In this document: one piece after another, positions 1 to 26,900 of the stretch
Layout of the letters: the number at the start of each line of letters is the position of its first letter
Position numbering within the stretch: the first letter of the stretch is position 1
Source of the DNA: Phoronis australis
Lineage: Eukaryota; Animalia; Phoronida
DNA length: 64,000 bases
NCBI GenBank assembly: GCA_002633005.1
Contig: NMRA01000277.1
Coordinates: forward strand, 1 to 64,000
Direction: 5' to 3'
Program-made: the position numbers and the translations under genes
Notes under the pieces: model-generated
What the model was told of the DNA's origin: nothing
What the model saw: only the letters and a program-made list of their open reading frames with translations
Database searches by the model: none

Positions 1-170
1 TGCTACGTCGGAGCCTGGCTGCGCCGCCTCTGGCGGCTTGGCTAGGGCCCGCCTAAGTGCTACGTCGCAGCCTACCTGCGTCGCCCTCGGCGGCTTGGCT
101 GGGGCCAGCCTAAGTGCTACGTCGGAGCCGGCCTGCGCCGCCTCGGCTGGGGCCCGCATAAGTGCTACAT
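1..170. repeat. GC-rich 57-bp minisatellite (about 3 units, runs off the window start)
   Basis: Unit tgctacgtcggagcctggctgcgccgcctctggcggcttggctagggcccgcctaag recurs at 1, 58 and 115 (the last is shortened). Confidence 0.85.
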
Positions 171-621
171 GTAATAGGTGGCTTATTGAAAAGGTTTCAT
201 GGAGGCACACTAGTGCTCATTTCTTCTGACGAATATCCTGGTCGCAAAATTTTCTTAAACCTCTTAAAGACGTAATTGCATGCTCCTAACTGCGCTAATG
301 TATTCAAGGTACAGGAACTAAACAACAATGCCTTTTGAATATCAACAAAAGTGCAGCTGTATTCACTGACACCTTGTAAATGTGAAAACAAAAAATTCTG
401 CAAATAGGTGATCTTTGCACTAATGACATACCTCGCAGGCTCAAATGGCACGTAACGATACTTGCTGAATATGGCGGATCATTTTAGCTACAAAACTTGT
501 TCTTAAAAACACAAGACAATTTTCAACCAACTTCATATGCACAATGTTTCTCAGTAATTTGGCCTACCAATCACAGCTAGAGATAAGGAATTACTCACAA
601 ATTCAGATATACATGACCTCA

Positions 622-1536
622 GGGCTGTTCCAGCAAAATCTGTATGGGAGGGGGGGGAAGGCACTTTGATTTCGTACCCACCGCCCATATTTTTCATTTA
701 TTTCTCCAACCCATGACCCATAATTTTTTAATTATTTTTGATAGGTTAAAATATAAAATCCAACANGGGGGGGAAGGCACTTTGATTTCGTACCCACCGC
801 CCATATTTTTCATTTATTTCTCCAACCCATGACCCATAATTTTTTAATTATTTTTGATAGGTTAAAATATAAAATCCAACACTTGCAAACAAATTGCCAC
901 CAGGAGGACCTGTTAAGAACTTAGATGATTGACAGACAAGAACTAGTTGTCTTGTCCAATATTGTCAAAAACTAAAGTAGCCTGTGAGCAATACTTTTGG
1001 CAGCCACCAGGTGTCTCTGTTCACCAAGTGTCTATAATTTCAAAGAACATATTTTCAATTATAAGGATCTATGAATCTCAAACTGTCTCCACAAACTCTT
1101 TTATACTTCTATGTCAAGTGAAAATTGGAACTTGTTTATCTTACTCCTCATACTTTTTATTTAAAAATCATCAATTTTCTTATATGTGTTAACACCAGTT
1201 TAGTGTTGCATAACTTTTCAATTCAATAGGACTGCAGTTGGCTCATATCAAGTTGATTAATGGCTTAGTGAACATATTGCACTCTGTTCACTGGCAATAT
1301 GGGCTTTTTTGGGATAAGTTAGGATATTTGCCAATTGCATTTTGTTTTTAGTTTTGAGGGCTGGAGTAACCAAACTATCAACATTGACAGGTCAAAAAAG
1401 ACCACCCATTTTTAATGCATCACTTCTTACAGGAACGACCACCCATAATTTGAGTTTTTTTCTAAAGACAACCACCCATGAATTTTATTTCTACTGCCGT
1501 CCCCCCCCTCCCACACGGATTTTACTGGAACAGCCC
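622..1536. mobile_element. PIF/Harbinger-type non-autonomous TIR element (MITE)
   Basis: TIRs gggctgttccagcaaaatctgtatgggagggggg / cccccccctcccacacggattttactggaacagccc; 3-bp TSD TCA at 619-621 and 1537-1539. Confidence 0.75.
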
Positions 1537-3440
1537 TCAGAAAACAAAAAACATTCTGCAAGTGAAAATTGCTAATGTACAGGCAACTTTGCCTTTTTTG
1601 AATTCCAGGTGATAGCTACAATTACTACAAGTGTAAAGCACCGGGAAGTTATGCACACGTCAGCCTGTGTTAAGTCCAATTTGAGGACGCTGCTGGAAGT
1701 TGCATAATGCAACAATAAATATAAAAGTGTTTTCATTGTTTCCTTTCAGACCTACAATCTTCTCCGAGTGGTACAAATTTGTGTATTCTCATTTAAAGCC
1801 TTGTGCCATGATTTTCACACCAGACATCCAGCAGGGTACTACATTTCTCCACTTCAGTTGAAGGGTAGTGCTGTTGAAACTTTTTATAGCCAATACAAGT
1901 ACATATCAAGTAGACAGCTGACATCAGCCTAGAGTAAATTTTCCACATGCCCGGTACTGACAAAGAGACTGCAAAGAGAGGTCAGAGGTATTAATGTTGC
2001 AACCCATGAGATTCCACTCAGGAAAAAGCAAAAAAGGACTGAGGGACACAACAATGTACTGATTCACAAGACATATAGTCACAGTAGTAACATGCCTACC
2101 AATGCTCTGAATATGATAAGACTGCTACAAGTATTTTACTAGTGCCATTTTTGGTTCGAATAGCACCTCTCTGTGTGCAAATATCTGGTGTACTTTGCGT
2201 TATGTTGATTGATTTTGTAGTTGTTGTTGTTCTTCTTGTATGTACGGAACATCTCTCTAATACAACCATGCAGCCAGTACGTGTAAACCCCAATCAGGTG
2301 AGGATGTGGTGGGAGTCCAGAGGTACGACTTATTAAACTGGGGCCGGGAAAAAGAATCCCTCTACTTGCGACACTGGTGCTTTCCGCTGGTAGTGGCTGC
2401 TGTACTAGCAGAGGACACGGTGATGAAGCCAGAGGCTCGCGGTGCATATACAAAAAGTAGCATTGCACACTGCATTGCGCTACAAGTCAATGCCATGTTT
2501 ACTCCTCAAGTCCAATTGTGGTAGCGCATTATGATATGGCCGAATAAATTTTCTGTGAACTTTCACGCAGAGCATGTGACCTCACTCAGTGCGCGAAACA
2601 CTACGTCGGCCTCGCTCTTCGCCACCCGTTTCCTGACGATTCGATCCGCAATACTCCGCTTTAGTTCATGGAAGAGGCGGGACAAGTCCTCAAATATTAC
2701 TTCACTAAACGGAGCCGAGACATACGTGTCCCACAGAAGTTTCCTTGCTGGATAAAATCCGTCACAATGAAATTCTTTTGTTACAAACTCCCGTTATAAC
2801 TACTAGTATGCCATTTCGATGTAACAACTGACGAGAATCTCGAAAACTCTCATTTACAGCATGCAAATTTGATATGCTAATAAGGGAGGACTTGATTACT
2901 GCGCCATCTATACATCGACGGAAAAGCTTAATCTGTTTACCTACAGACAGGGCACAGTAGCACGAATGGTTATCACCGATTCTGTGTAAGCGATAAAAAT
3001 GTTCACTAACATATGTACTGTCAATGAGACCAGTTGTGTGCAGTGTCCCTGATTTAGTAGCTTGAACGTGCTGCTTCAGTTGAGGGGGACTCTTCCTCTT
3101 ATCCGTGACTTTCTGGAAGACAGGAAGCAGCTTGGAACCTGTTTAAAATAAATAGAATAGTTTAAATTCCTTTTATGCAAACACGATAATCAATCAAAAA
3201 TACACATTACAGAAAAAATTGTTTTCATGTTGACGTGCATAAAACCTGTGACAAATACATATACAACGAATTTTGAAAAGTGAACAAGGATCCAGATTTA
3301 TTGTCAGTAGTTGGATGTTGGATCTAAAAGAAAATCAAGGAATTGGAAAATCTATTATTCTCTGTTTCCACATTTTGACAATGATAATTTATTTGTCAGC
3401 AGATTCAAACAAGATCACTCATCGCATTCAATGTACTATA

Positions 3441-3662
3441 CAGTGGCTGATCTAGGATACCATAAGGGGGGCGGCCCAACATGTTGCCTCAGGAAATTGG
3501 GCAAAGCGTGATTGTATATGCACAGTGGGCCCGAAAGCTGTCACTGTGGGAGCTGAGGATGCGGACCTTCTGTTCAGAAAGTTAATCGGTGGACTAAAAA
3601 AAACGGGAACAAGATTCCACCGCAATCTGGGATCTGAGCCCCCCCCCCCACATCCGCTAACG
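3441..3662. mobile_element. Degenerate CAGTGGCGGATC-type MITE
   Basis: Starts cagtggctgatctaggat...gggggg and ends cccccccacatccgctaacg, like the copies at 25707 and 30439; no TSD recovered. Confidence 0.5.
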
Positions 3663-4214
3663 GTCCTAGTTAATGAACTCTCTTTTTCCTCGCGCTTCAC
3701 GCTGTTTGTGTTTCATTTNNNNNNNNNNNNNNNNNNNNNNNNNNNNNNNNNNNNNNNNNNNNNNNNNNNNNNNNNNNNNNNNAATAAAATGGCTGCCGAA
3801 GGCAGTGCACATTTGAAATAACTCGGCACAAATTAAAGAAAACTTCCGAATCGATGAATGCGGTATATCTGTGAGAGTTAAATCGAATCCTATTCAGATC
3901 ATAACTTTGAAGTGGAATAATTCGGTGAGTACAACAGCAAGTCGGTTTTATGCTTAGGCGGACGAACATTGGGCTCCCCAGTATATAACACAACTTAATC
4001 TGGTGGGTGGCTGTGCAGGAGACTAAAGACTGACTCGGAGACGGTCTCGCCACCTGGTGACTGACGTGAAGTCCTGTGGACACAAGCGCCACCTACACAG
4101 TAAATTCTAAACTCTCGCATAAGTTCGTTACTTTGCGAGCCTTGGAAACAAGACGGGTGGAGGGGACTCATCGGATAAATTTCTTCATTTCGGAACTTCT
4201 AATTAACTTCAAGG

Positions 4215-17391
<13,177 letters not shown>

Positions 17392-20300
17392 AACAGTCGG
17401 CTGTAGCTGGACTGGCCTAATAGGCTAGGACTGTTATTTAAGATATTTAATTTACAACTAAGTTTGGTTTCATGGTTCTGGTCAAAAATGCTTGCTTATT
17501 TGTAATCCAGTCATATTTTCCAGTGAAAGTGAAACAGTCGAAGATATTCAAGTGAGACATGGGTGCTATTCAGTTGTTTATTGGCCTGAATTATTTCATC
17601 AGTTCCCTGTGTCTGGCTGGTTTAATTCCACCTCTGTACTCTGGATGAAAATTAAATTTAAGTTTGTTTCTATTGGCACAATCGCCCCTAAAATATGTGT
17701 GTGCGAGTCAAACATTTAATTTATAATCTGAGAGAATACATTTTTTTAGTTGTAAAAACGAAAATCGGTATTTTTGCAAATGAAATTGAGTGCGCTTCAG
17801 CAACGAAAAGAAGAAAAGGAGAGTGAGGTTGGGGTGAAGGGTGGCCTCAATTAAGTTTCTTTGCCGTATCGAGCAATTTTTACATTAATTTTGGGTGATA
17901 ACTATTATAGTGTGGCTAATCTCATCTTTTTCGGTTACAAGTGGATTCCAAAGTGCATTGAACCATGTTTCCATTCGGTACAACATTGTTTTGAAACTAA
18001 TTGGAGAATCTTCTAAGCAATGTGTGACTGCACTGATTGTCTAATAGACTCGACTGATGACCACATGTACCGCACTTTTTAAGAAATAAGAACTGTTTTT
18101 CTCTTCCCTGTAGTATTCTAATGAAATTCTCTTTCAATGGGAGGCTATGCAATAGTCTGTGATTTTCGAACAGCTCTCTTTATTCCCGTTTGTCACCGAA
18201 TGGTTGCTTATTTTTATTCTCTACCATATGTTTTTGACATAAAGTGTTAAAGGTAAAAAGCCTTAGTTTGGACTGTCAAAGTGTCCTGTGCGCTGTCAAC
18301 CAGAGACTTGTACCTACAATCTAAATTTGATAGTGTTCATTTTTGTCTTCTATGCAATCGTTAACAATAGCATTTAGAATTTGGTGGAAATGGCACCAGC
18401 TTTGTTCTTGTGAAACATTATAAACCATTAAACAGTGGTTGACTGATCACATGCTACCAGTTTACTTAAAGACACCTGCAACATATGTTATTAGTGAATA
18501 CTTGCACAGCACCTGAGTGTGTTGGAGTGTATAGGAATGTTGATGGTGTGTAGAGATTGAGAAGAGCAAATAGGTAGCATAGTTGGGGTTTTATCTATTT
18601 CAAGTTTCACTTGTTCTGTTAATGGTTTAATTTCACCTCAGAGTGCTGAATTGTTTGTGATATTGTGAGTATATAATAACATTTGAAATTCCTTGACTAT
18701 GCTTTATCCACTGTCTTCTGTGGAGCTCCACGCCACATGTTCTAATATTTGCAGAATTATTGGTTCACGTTTATATGACATACATGATTGGGATCGCCCT
18801 CACTTACTGGCCCTAGTCGGTGTTCTATCTTGCTCCTTTTTACTGCATTTGCACCAACCTCATTATCTCCCTTGCATTAAATTTAAAGTAGTTAAAGCTA
18901 CATTTTGCCGTTTAGCTGGGTAGAAAACGAAGATTGAATTCGTTTGTTTGCTCTTATAAAGTGGTCTCCTAATATTCCTTACCATGATAGCATTCTGTTT
19001 TCCTTACCAACATCAATAATAATAATAAAATGCACTGGAACCATCCAAGAAATGCATACTCTTGTTACTTGCCGGGCACTGATGTCAACATCATACCACC
19101 GAAAGAGGCGAGACGTCTTCGGGCATCTAGGAATTCGGTCAATACAGGCCAGAAGATCTGGTTCCAGTAACCATAGTACCAATAAGAACGTCACCAGCGA
19201 CTAGAGAAAACATCGACTTTATTGGAGTGGGCAAATAGCGCATGTACGCATTGCATGAATTGGCAACGGAAATTTAATACTGTCTCTGTAAGGAATATTT
19301 TGAGACATATTTTATGAGAGTAAAATGCTTCACTCGATTTTTGGTAGCCGGCCAGGAGGAAATGTAGCCTAACAGTGTTTCGCGTTTGTGATGAAACATT
19401 TCCATCTGCTGATCGTGATTCCCACGTTAATCACTTATAGCGCCGAAAGCGGCCAAGGTGGGAGAATCCTATTGGTAATGAAACGTACTAGTAATTTAGG
19501 CAACTGAATACATATTCTATGGGTCACTCAGTTCTTTAGTATTTTTTTTACATTCGTCAGACCATGAAAGCCTACGGTTGGTGACACGGAAAAGTAAAAT
19601 GATCATCAAAGATTTGACGTACGCAGACGTATTGAAAAAGTAACTTTTAGTTTTGAAAACTTTTTAACTGGATTTTACAAGTTTCTAATTTTAGGCTTTG
19701 AATCTGATCTTTGGGACTGTGAGTGGATCTGTTAAGGCATGGTCGCGTTGTTTTGAAGACTTGTTTATCGAATCGTTCTTTGTAGGCTGTGCAGGGGAGC
19801 CTAGATACATGCGTCGGATAAACGCGTGCCGTGAAGTCCGGTAAAGGTCTTGCGTTGTCGATCTGCATTCTGTATTTCTAATGTCTTGCGTTGTCCATCT
19901 ACTCTTAGCAATGCATTCTATATTACTAGTGCAAACCGAATGTATACTTGCCGAACACCGGCTGCAACTTAGTCTGATATTTTCAAGCTCAAAGTTGATG
20001 CACAAACGCTTCACATGTTTGGTTCCAGTATAGACACAAATTTAACATGGGATGCGACCGCCACAGTGTTTTCCGGCCCCTGTACCTTCAACAATTCTCA
20101 AGTTATTTAGCACACAGCGTGGCACTACAAGTAAAATTATATTCTATTTTTCCACTAAAAAGGATTAGGATCAATTTGGCCTGTGTAGATATCACAAGAC
20201 ATTTTTTGTAAATGTTCAATTATTTGTTTTGTCAAGTAATGAGTCTTTGAAAAATGGGGAAATTAGATTTTGGCAGTCGTTTTGTGCCTTTTTCGTGGAA

Positions 20301-20957
20301 CGTGAGAAGGTACGCGCACATTAACTGCCAGTGAGAAAATTTCTACAAATTATTTCTAGTCTGCGATGCGCTAATAATGATTACTTTAGTGGCAAAATCT
20401 CTATTCAGCAATTGTCAATTGGGCGCATCCGTCCAAATTTCTGCCTTAACTCGTAAGTTAATTCATGAAACGGACCCCTGACGTCAATATTTCACGTGCA
20501 TCCCTAAAAACAGATGCCTGTCCTTAGGAGTTGAAACGATGTTTCCCAGACCACAGCGGCTATGCCAAACGGAAATTAAGACAATGCAGGCCAGGTGTTG
20601 CGTGATGTGGTTTTGGAGTACGTTTGTGGTTTGGTGACGTCTTTGTACCACGTTATCCCTAGATACCAAGTTTATTCAATCGCCTCTCTCGCTGGTTATG
20701 GAGTGTGAAATGGAAGTCCAGTGATTTCAGGGAATGCGTCTTAAAGGAAGCTCTGACCAGAGGCTGAGAGTGTGCTGGTGCGTGCTTTTAATTGTGAAGT
20801 GTTACATTTCGCAAAGCTTCAGCAACCTAGCATTTAGAATGACCTGTATAGCAAGCCTGACCTCAGATTTCATATCGTCATTTGGATGTGATCTGAATTT
20901 ATGCAGTCACGTGCTCATGAGTTATCAAAAGTTATAACTGAGATTTTGGAGTGAAAC

Positions 20958-20995
20958 ATGGAGTCGCGCTCCCATTATTTTGGCGGAATTGAAGG
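20958..20995 (+). CDS. NAGK: NAGK-like exon 1
   Basis: MESRSHYFGGIEG; donor GG|gtatgt; phase matches exon 2. Confidence 0.85.
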
Positions 20996-23900
20996 GTATG
21001 TCGTTGGGGTTCAGTTATTGAGTTCAGTTTTTAGTACAATCTTACATATTTTTACGATTTACTTGAGCCTAATTAATGATTGTGATCAGTTCAGTGCAGC
21101 TAATGAAATATATTGCCAACGTTTGTTTGAAAATAGTCCTGTTTGTCCTCTGGCGAATTCTTTCTCTCGCAGTGTCTAAAATATGACCATTCCAAAACGT
21201 AATGAATGAACTCGAGTGCAAAACACCCGTTAACGTTGTTGCAGAAATCGGAGTTTAGGTCCTTTGCTACGATGCGTTATTTTTAAAGGAGCATAAAGTC
21301 GGGTCGAGACCAAATTTAGAGTTGGACAATTTACTGTTATAGGCCTAAAATTCGTCTCAACTTGTTCCTTACTCAGATTATAGAACAGCCTTCCGTTCAG
21401 TAACGCTAGGACCTAGCTAAAAACAAGACTTTTGTAGATTACGTGAGATACTGCCGTGTATTTTAAATGAGAACATGTGACTTTGGCTTGATTTTAGCTA
21501 TATTTGTGGGTCCTAGCGTAGGTCCTAGCCCAAGCGTTACTGAACGCACGCCTGATTTCTTGCCCTGGGCAGAAGTGACAAGTTGTCATTGTTTATTTCA
21601 AACAAACGCGCCAGCTAACAGTTCCCCTAGCCATTATTCACTACTATGGTACAACGGCATGTGACGTGACAGCGCAGCTGCGAAGGCTCGAATCTTCCAT
21701 TGGCTCTTCCATTGAGCTAAAACAATGTCATACTAGATCGCTATTGTTTCGGTCATTTATGTTTCGCTCAATGGAGATAAATACATAGCCAAGATTCAGG
21801 CCCTTTGTCGGGTCGTTTACGTAACTTCATGCTGTCCCATGCATCGTCAAGGAAACAACAATTTGCTGCCGTGGGCAAATTGTTTCTAAGACAACCTCGG
21901 AAATCTACATTGACTAAAGGTAATTAACATCACATCGACTGTTCCACTCTTTAAAGTTATGAAAAACCTCAATAACAAGTCTGCGTATTTAGCCAAATTT
22001 CTACGAAACTATACACATTATACTCAGTAACAGTACATTTTTTTTCGAAAGCTGGTGACTTTTTACCAGTCTGTGTAAGTCACGTGACCATGTCATTTTG
22101 ATTCGTAAAATTGAGCAAAAAGAAAGGTACTTTGATAGCAAAATAACAGTGTCGATAACACGATAAAATTTTATTTGATGTAAATGTTCAAGATGAGATC
22201 TCAAAAACGCTGTTACAGTTTACTAAAACATTTCTTTTTAAATGCAGCTTTAGAGTTTTTATGAAAATCACGGAACTCCTATTGTTGATATCTCCTCATG
22301 CAAAACTGGAACATTTAAAAAACATTTTGGAGAAGAATAAAGAATAGTATCTGAAAGTTTCATTAATCTGATCAGCCATTTCTAAGATTTTGTTTTCCGA
22401 AGTTTGCTAAATTTTGACATTTTCTAGGGTCTACATAACCTTAAGAATGGTTATCTCTACCGAATTACCCTTAGTTCATTTTTTTGTTTTTCACGCTGTC
22501 GGTGCACTTGTTCTAACACGCTTCCCTTATTTTCCAGTGGATGCTGCGTTGTCCGAATTTATCCTAAATTTTCAACTGTTTTTGCCCAAACTGGAGCTGA
22601 CAAAGCAAGAAACAATAAATACGATGTAATATTGCATTTTATGCTGTTTGTAAAAAAATATTAATTGATAAGACTTGATTTGTTTTCTGCCTCATGCACG
22701 TTAATATTCATATGCACACAGAAATTCTCAGTTTTGAATGAGGCCACTAAAAATTAAGCGGGGGTTAAAGCGTACACATTTATTTTGGAGTTAATCTTAT
22801 CGTATTGAAAATTCAACTCTTTAACGTGACAGCTTGGTTCGCCTTATCATTGTTATCAACGTGTGTCAAAATGATACATGTAAAATCGTGTTTCTTAAAT
22901 TGACACTTTGAATTTCGTGCAGCTTCGTAACTACGAGGGGTGACCTTTGCGATAGTAAAAATGTGTTCATATAATATTGAAACTGAATGAGTGAATCACC
23001 TATCGACGGAAAGTCGAAAATTACAAATTTGTACGCTTGAATAGCGTGGCCATTTTATTTCCATGTTATAAGATAGAACTTTGTAATACCAGTAATATAC
23101 ATTTCCAATCTAAGATTTTACCAAAATCTGAGATAGAACCCTGCAATTTTCAGGTCCTGGAAGCCCAAGTGAAATACTCAATTTTATTCGTCACTGACAC
23201 ATTTCCAGCTCGAGGCTTTTGTTTAAAAGAAACAAGAGTTCTGTTGACTCCACGCAGATGCCATCTCCAGGTGTTAGTGTGGGTTATCAAGGAGGACACT
23301 GATAAAGATGCTCTTTAATCAGTATATCTAGCACATTGATATGTGAATACGCTGTTGACGGTTCTCTAAAAATCGCACAAATCTAAGGCAACATTCATTG
23401 TTGCTTTTGGGATCCAAGCGACTCAACAGATTGGATATAACATTCAAGTCAGTAATTAGACGTGGGTACCGGGATTGACAAAAAAGTATTTTGATACAAG
23501 CTGATAAGCAATCGATCACTGTAACTGAAAATTCAAGGGAACTGATCCTAATGTTTTGCGTGTGTAGGTGAAGCACCAGCACGGCTGCAGAACTTACTAT
23601 TGAACACGAAAGTCGTGAAGACTCAGGACCGTATTTTCACTTCAAGAACGCGTTCAATTTTCCGAGTATAATAAACTTGCCAATATTTTTGAAATCTTGC
23701 CAAGCTTTTCCAAATATCGTGTCAAGATTTTCTGATTTTTTCACGACTAGCGCCACCTGTGCTGGCGCGGTAGTAACTAAACCAACCGCGAATGAATTGT
23801 CGAGATGCGGAGGAGAGCACAGGTGCTGTGTTCTGTTCTGCTGACATGCTTAAAGCAATGCTTGCAATGCGATATCTCTCGAAGTCTTGTGTTTTGCGTA

Positions 23901-26900
23901 GTTCTCGCGTCTACAAAACGCTACCCAGGAAAAATACAGCAGACTACGCTTAATCTACGAAAAGATGGACCGCAGCAAAGTAGGTTCGCCCCAAAATGCA
24001 TGCGCGCACCGGCGGGGGAGGGGGGTTCGAACGAGCCCCCTCATTNATGCTCGAATGAGCCCCCCATTTGGCGAAGTGGGCAAAAAGGTCCGCCTCTGAG
24101 AAACAAAAAGTCCGAGAAAATGAGACAAAAGTCCACTAAACAAGCACAAACGCGCAATTCACAGTGGTGGCCCCAGTTTTTTTAGTTCGCCCGCTTTTTT
24201 GTTACCAAAAGGTCCACAACGCCAGGAATTCGAGCCCCCCATATTGAAGGCTGGGTGCGCGCATGAAATGCATTGTCCATAATGCTTTGGTTTGACCAGA
24301 AGGATGCAGGAACGCAGGTTTAAAATGTTTCCCTCAAACTCCTTTCTCTCACTGCTGCATGGTTGAACAGCAAGACCATAACGTCGTGTTGTGCGGCTTC
24401 AGTGGCTGAGCTGGGCGATTCAAATTCAGAACAAATTTCTAATTTTTGGTTGTAACGTTAATAAATCTTGAATTTCTCTTTGGTATATGATAAAACATTA
24501 TGATTTAAAATTTACAGATATCCATTGTTTTCATAATGTCGAAAATCAAACGTACCTGAAGTATATATAGCGTTTAGTAACCAGAGCCATCACACGCCAT
24601 ACAAATGGAAGGAACACTATGTTTTCACTGAGGCTGTTCTTTCTTCGTGTGGTAACATAAGAACTACAGAAAAGTATGATACTTGTTGGCATAACCGTTA
24701 GTAGGCCTACGCAACAGGGTGAAAGGGATGCAATCGCGAAATTGTTGGCGAGCCGGAAGTAGGCTGAAATGAGTGGCGAAAAGGAGTATTTTGCAATGAA
24801 CAAAATTTAAACTAGTTTCTATGAGGGGAAGGTCTCATTTGAAATGAACAGGGCCAGGGAAATGGCTCCACCGAGACTCCTGTGACAACTCCGGTCAATA
24901 GTTGGCTGTTAGTAATCCATACACATTACGAAAATCTGTGGTGCCACTAAGCCGATACATTGCAGAGGGTGAGAATTTTTAATGTATATGTAAACCGAAA
25001 GGAAAGATTCATAAAATAATGGTAAAATTTTAAGAAAGCTTCGCAAGGTTTTTAGGAAATATTGGCAAGATTTTCAAGAAAAACTTTTGGAAAATCTTTT
25101 CAACTAACGCCAGGCTACAAACTGAGTGGTTGACGGGTATTGCGGCACTGTGGATAAATAGAGATTCGAGTGTTGCAGAGCAATCCGGGATGGCCCTAGT
25201 ATGAACACGGGGGAGGGGGGCTCAAATGCTCAATTTACAGGGCCCGTTAGACGTTTTCGGGCTTAGGCTGAAACCTTCATCCGATCGGTGCCTTTCGTTA
25301 CAGAGGTGGAAGTAAGTCTCGCATGGTTCTAGTCGACGAAAGAGGGCGTGTTGTAGCCGAGACGGAAGGGGAAGACACTAACCACTTTGTAAGTTTTCAG
25401 AGTTCAAAATATATGGATAGGGTTTTGCGAATATACACATGTGACGAGGTAAAAATATTGATATCACGTAGTCGTATAACTGTCAAAACCTGTTGGTTCG
25501 GTTTGATATCTGAAGACAGTCCTTCGAGTGGGACAACTAAGGAAGGCAGCAGAATCTTGGTGAGTTGTAGGAGTGATCTGCCGCAGAGTAAAACCTAGTT
25601 GTGAGAGATTTGCATTTTCGAATGAGAATCTAGCTCTGTTCTTCCGAAATTGACATTTCTGCACGGAGTTAGTGATGGGACTGTTCTGTGAACTTTCTAC
25701 GGCACCCAGGGACGGATCCAGGATTTTGTTTTGGGGGGGCAGGGCAGAGTATTACCCAGGATTTTACCAGTCAGACATTCGCACCCCCGAACTACCAAAT
25801 AGAATCTGGAATAATTTCAGGGGGCATGGCCCCCTTGGACCCCCTCTAAATCCGCCACTGGCACCGGCTGCTTATTTTATCCAAAAATTAATACATGTAT
25901 TTGTGTAACGAATCATCAAATAGTTGGTTGTACTGAGGCCTAGCTAGTCTTTTGAGGTCCCATCTAAAAAGCCTAACAACAAGCGAAGACGGATATAGAA
26001 TTTGCTGTTTGGTGGCATATAGGACAGATTTGCCCAAATTTCATCAAAATGCACCAGGACATCACTTTATAATTAGAGTTGCTTTACTTCGGATACGCAA
26101 AAATCGTTTGCAGAGTCGAATGATAAAGATTTTTTTTCTCAGTGAATTTCAGCCTCCGGCTCCCTCACTCGCTCCAGTTGTTCCCTACCTCCCTCCTTTC
26201 CTTCCTCCCTCGCTCGCTCGCTCGCTCCCTAACGTTCTAACTCCCTCCCGCCCCCCCCCCCTCCATCCAGCCTCTCACTTCCTTCTCTTTATCTCTCTCC
26301 CACCCCTCTGTGATTGGAAATTTTCTCCAATCCTCTGGATTAATAGCTGACGCAAGTTCTCTTTTTAATCTTTAATATACAGTTCTACATATATTTCATT
26401 GTCGTTGGAGCTTTAGTAACATGTCTTTACCGTGCGATAATGTTCATCAAATAATATCTTCGTGCTTTTCCATTGGCTGCAGTGCTATGTTTTTTTTTCG
26501 TTTTATCCGATTTTTTTTTTTCGTTTTGTACGAATTTTCCCTAATTCTGCCTCCGCCTTACAAGGCTTTGGTAACAACAACGATTACTGTTGTATTTTTA
26601 TGACACTGAATGGTGAGTATCAGTTTATCTTCAAGTGTATTGGATATGAAGAGTGTGGTCGACGCTTGTTTGGCATGGTCCAAAGTATTAAGGCCAAGGT
26701 GGGACTCGGTGACAATGAAGCCATCACTGCTCTGGTAAGTACTGTTCACTTCTGCCATCTGGTGCTTTGTAGCAAAAATAGTCTCTTGTCTAAGGAATAG
26801 TTTATTATCGGAGAAACGTCTGATATGACATTTTGTGAGGTTAATTCTGGCAATCAGATCACTAAAACTTCATATACGGATTTAGGAGCCCCCCCCCCCC

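Noticed and set aside
652-882. Exact tandem duplication of about 115 bp
   Set aside because: The identical copies are separated by a single n at 766, which points to a contig-overlap artifact. A similar pattern occurs at 24046.
3525-4092. ORFs 3525-3821 and 3697-4092
   Set aside because: They cross the N gap and a MITE, with no recognisable protein features.
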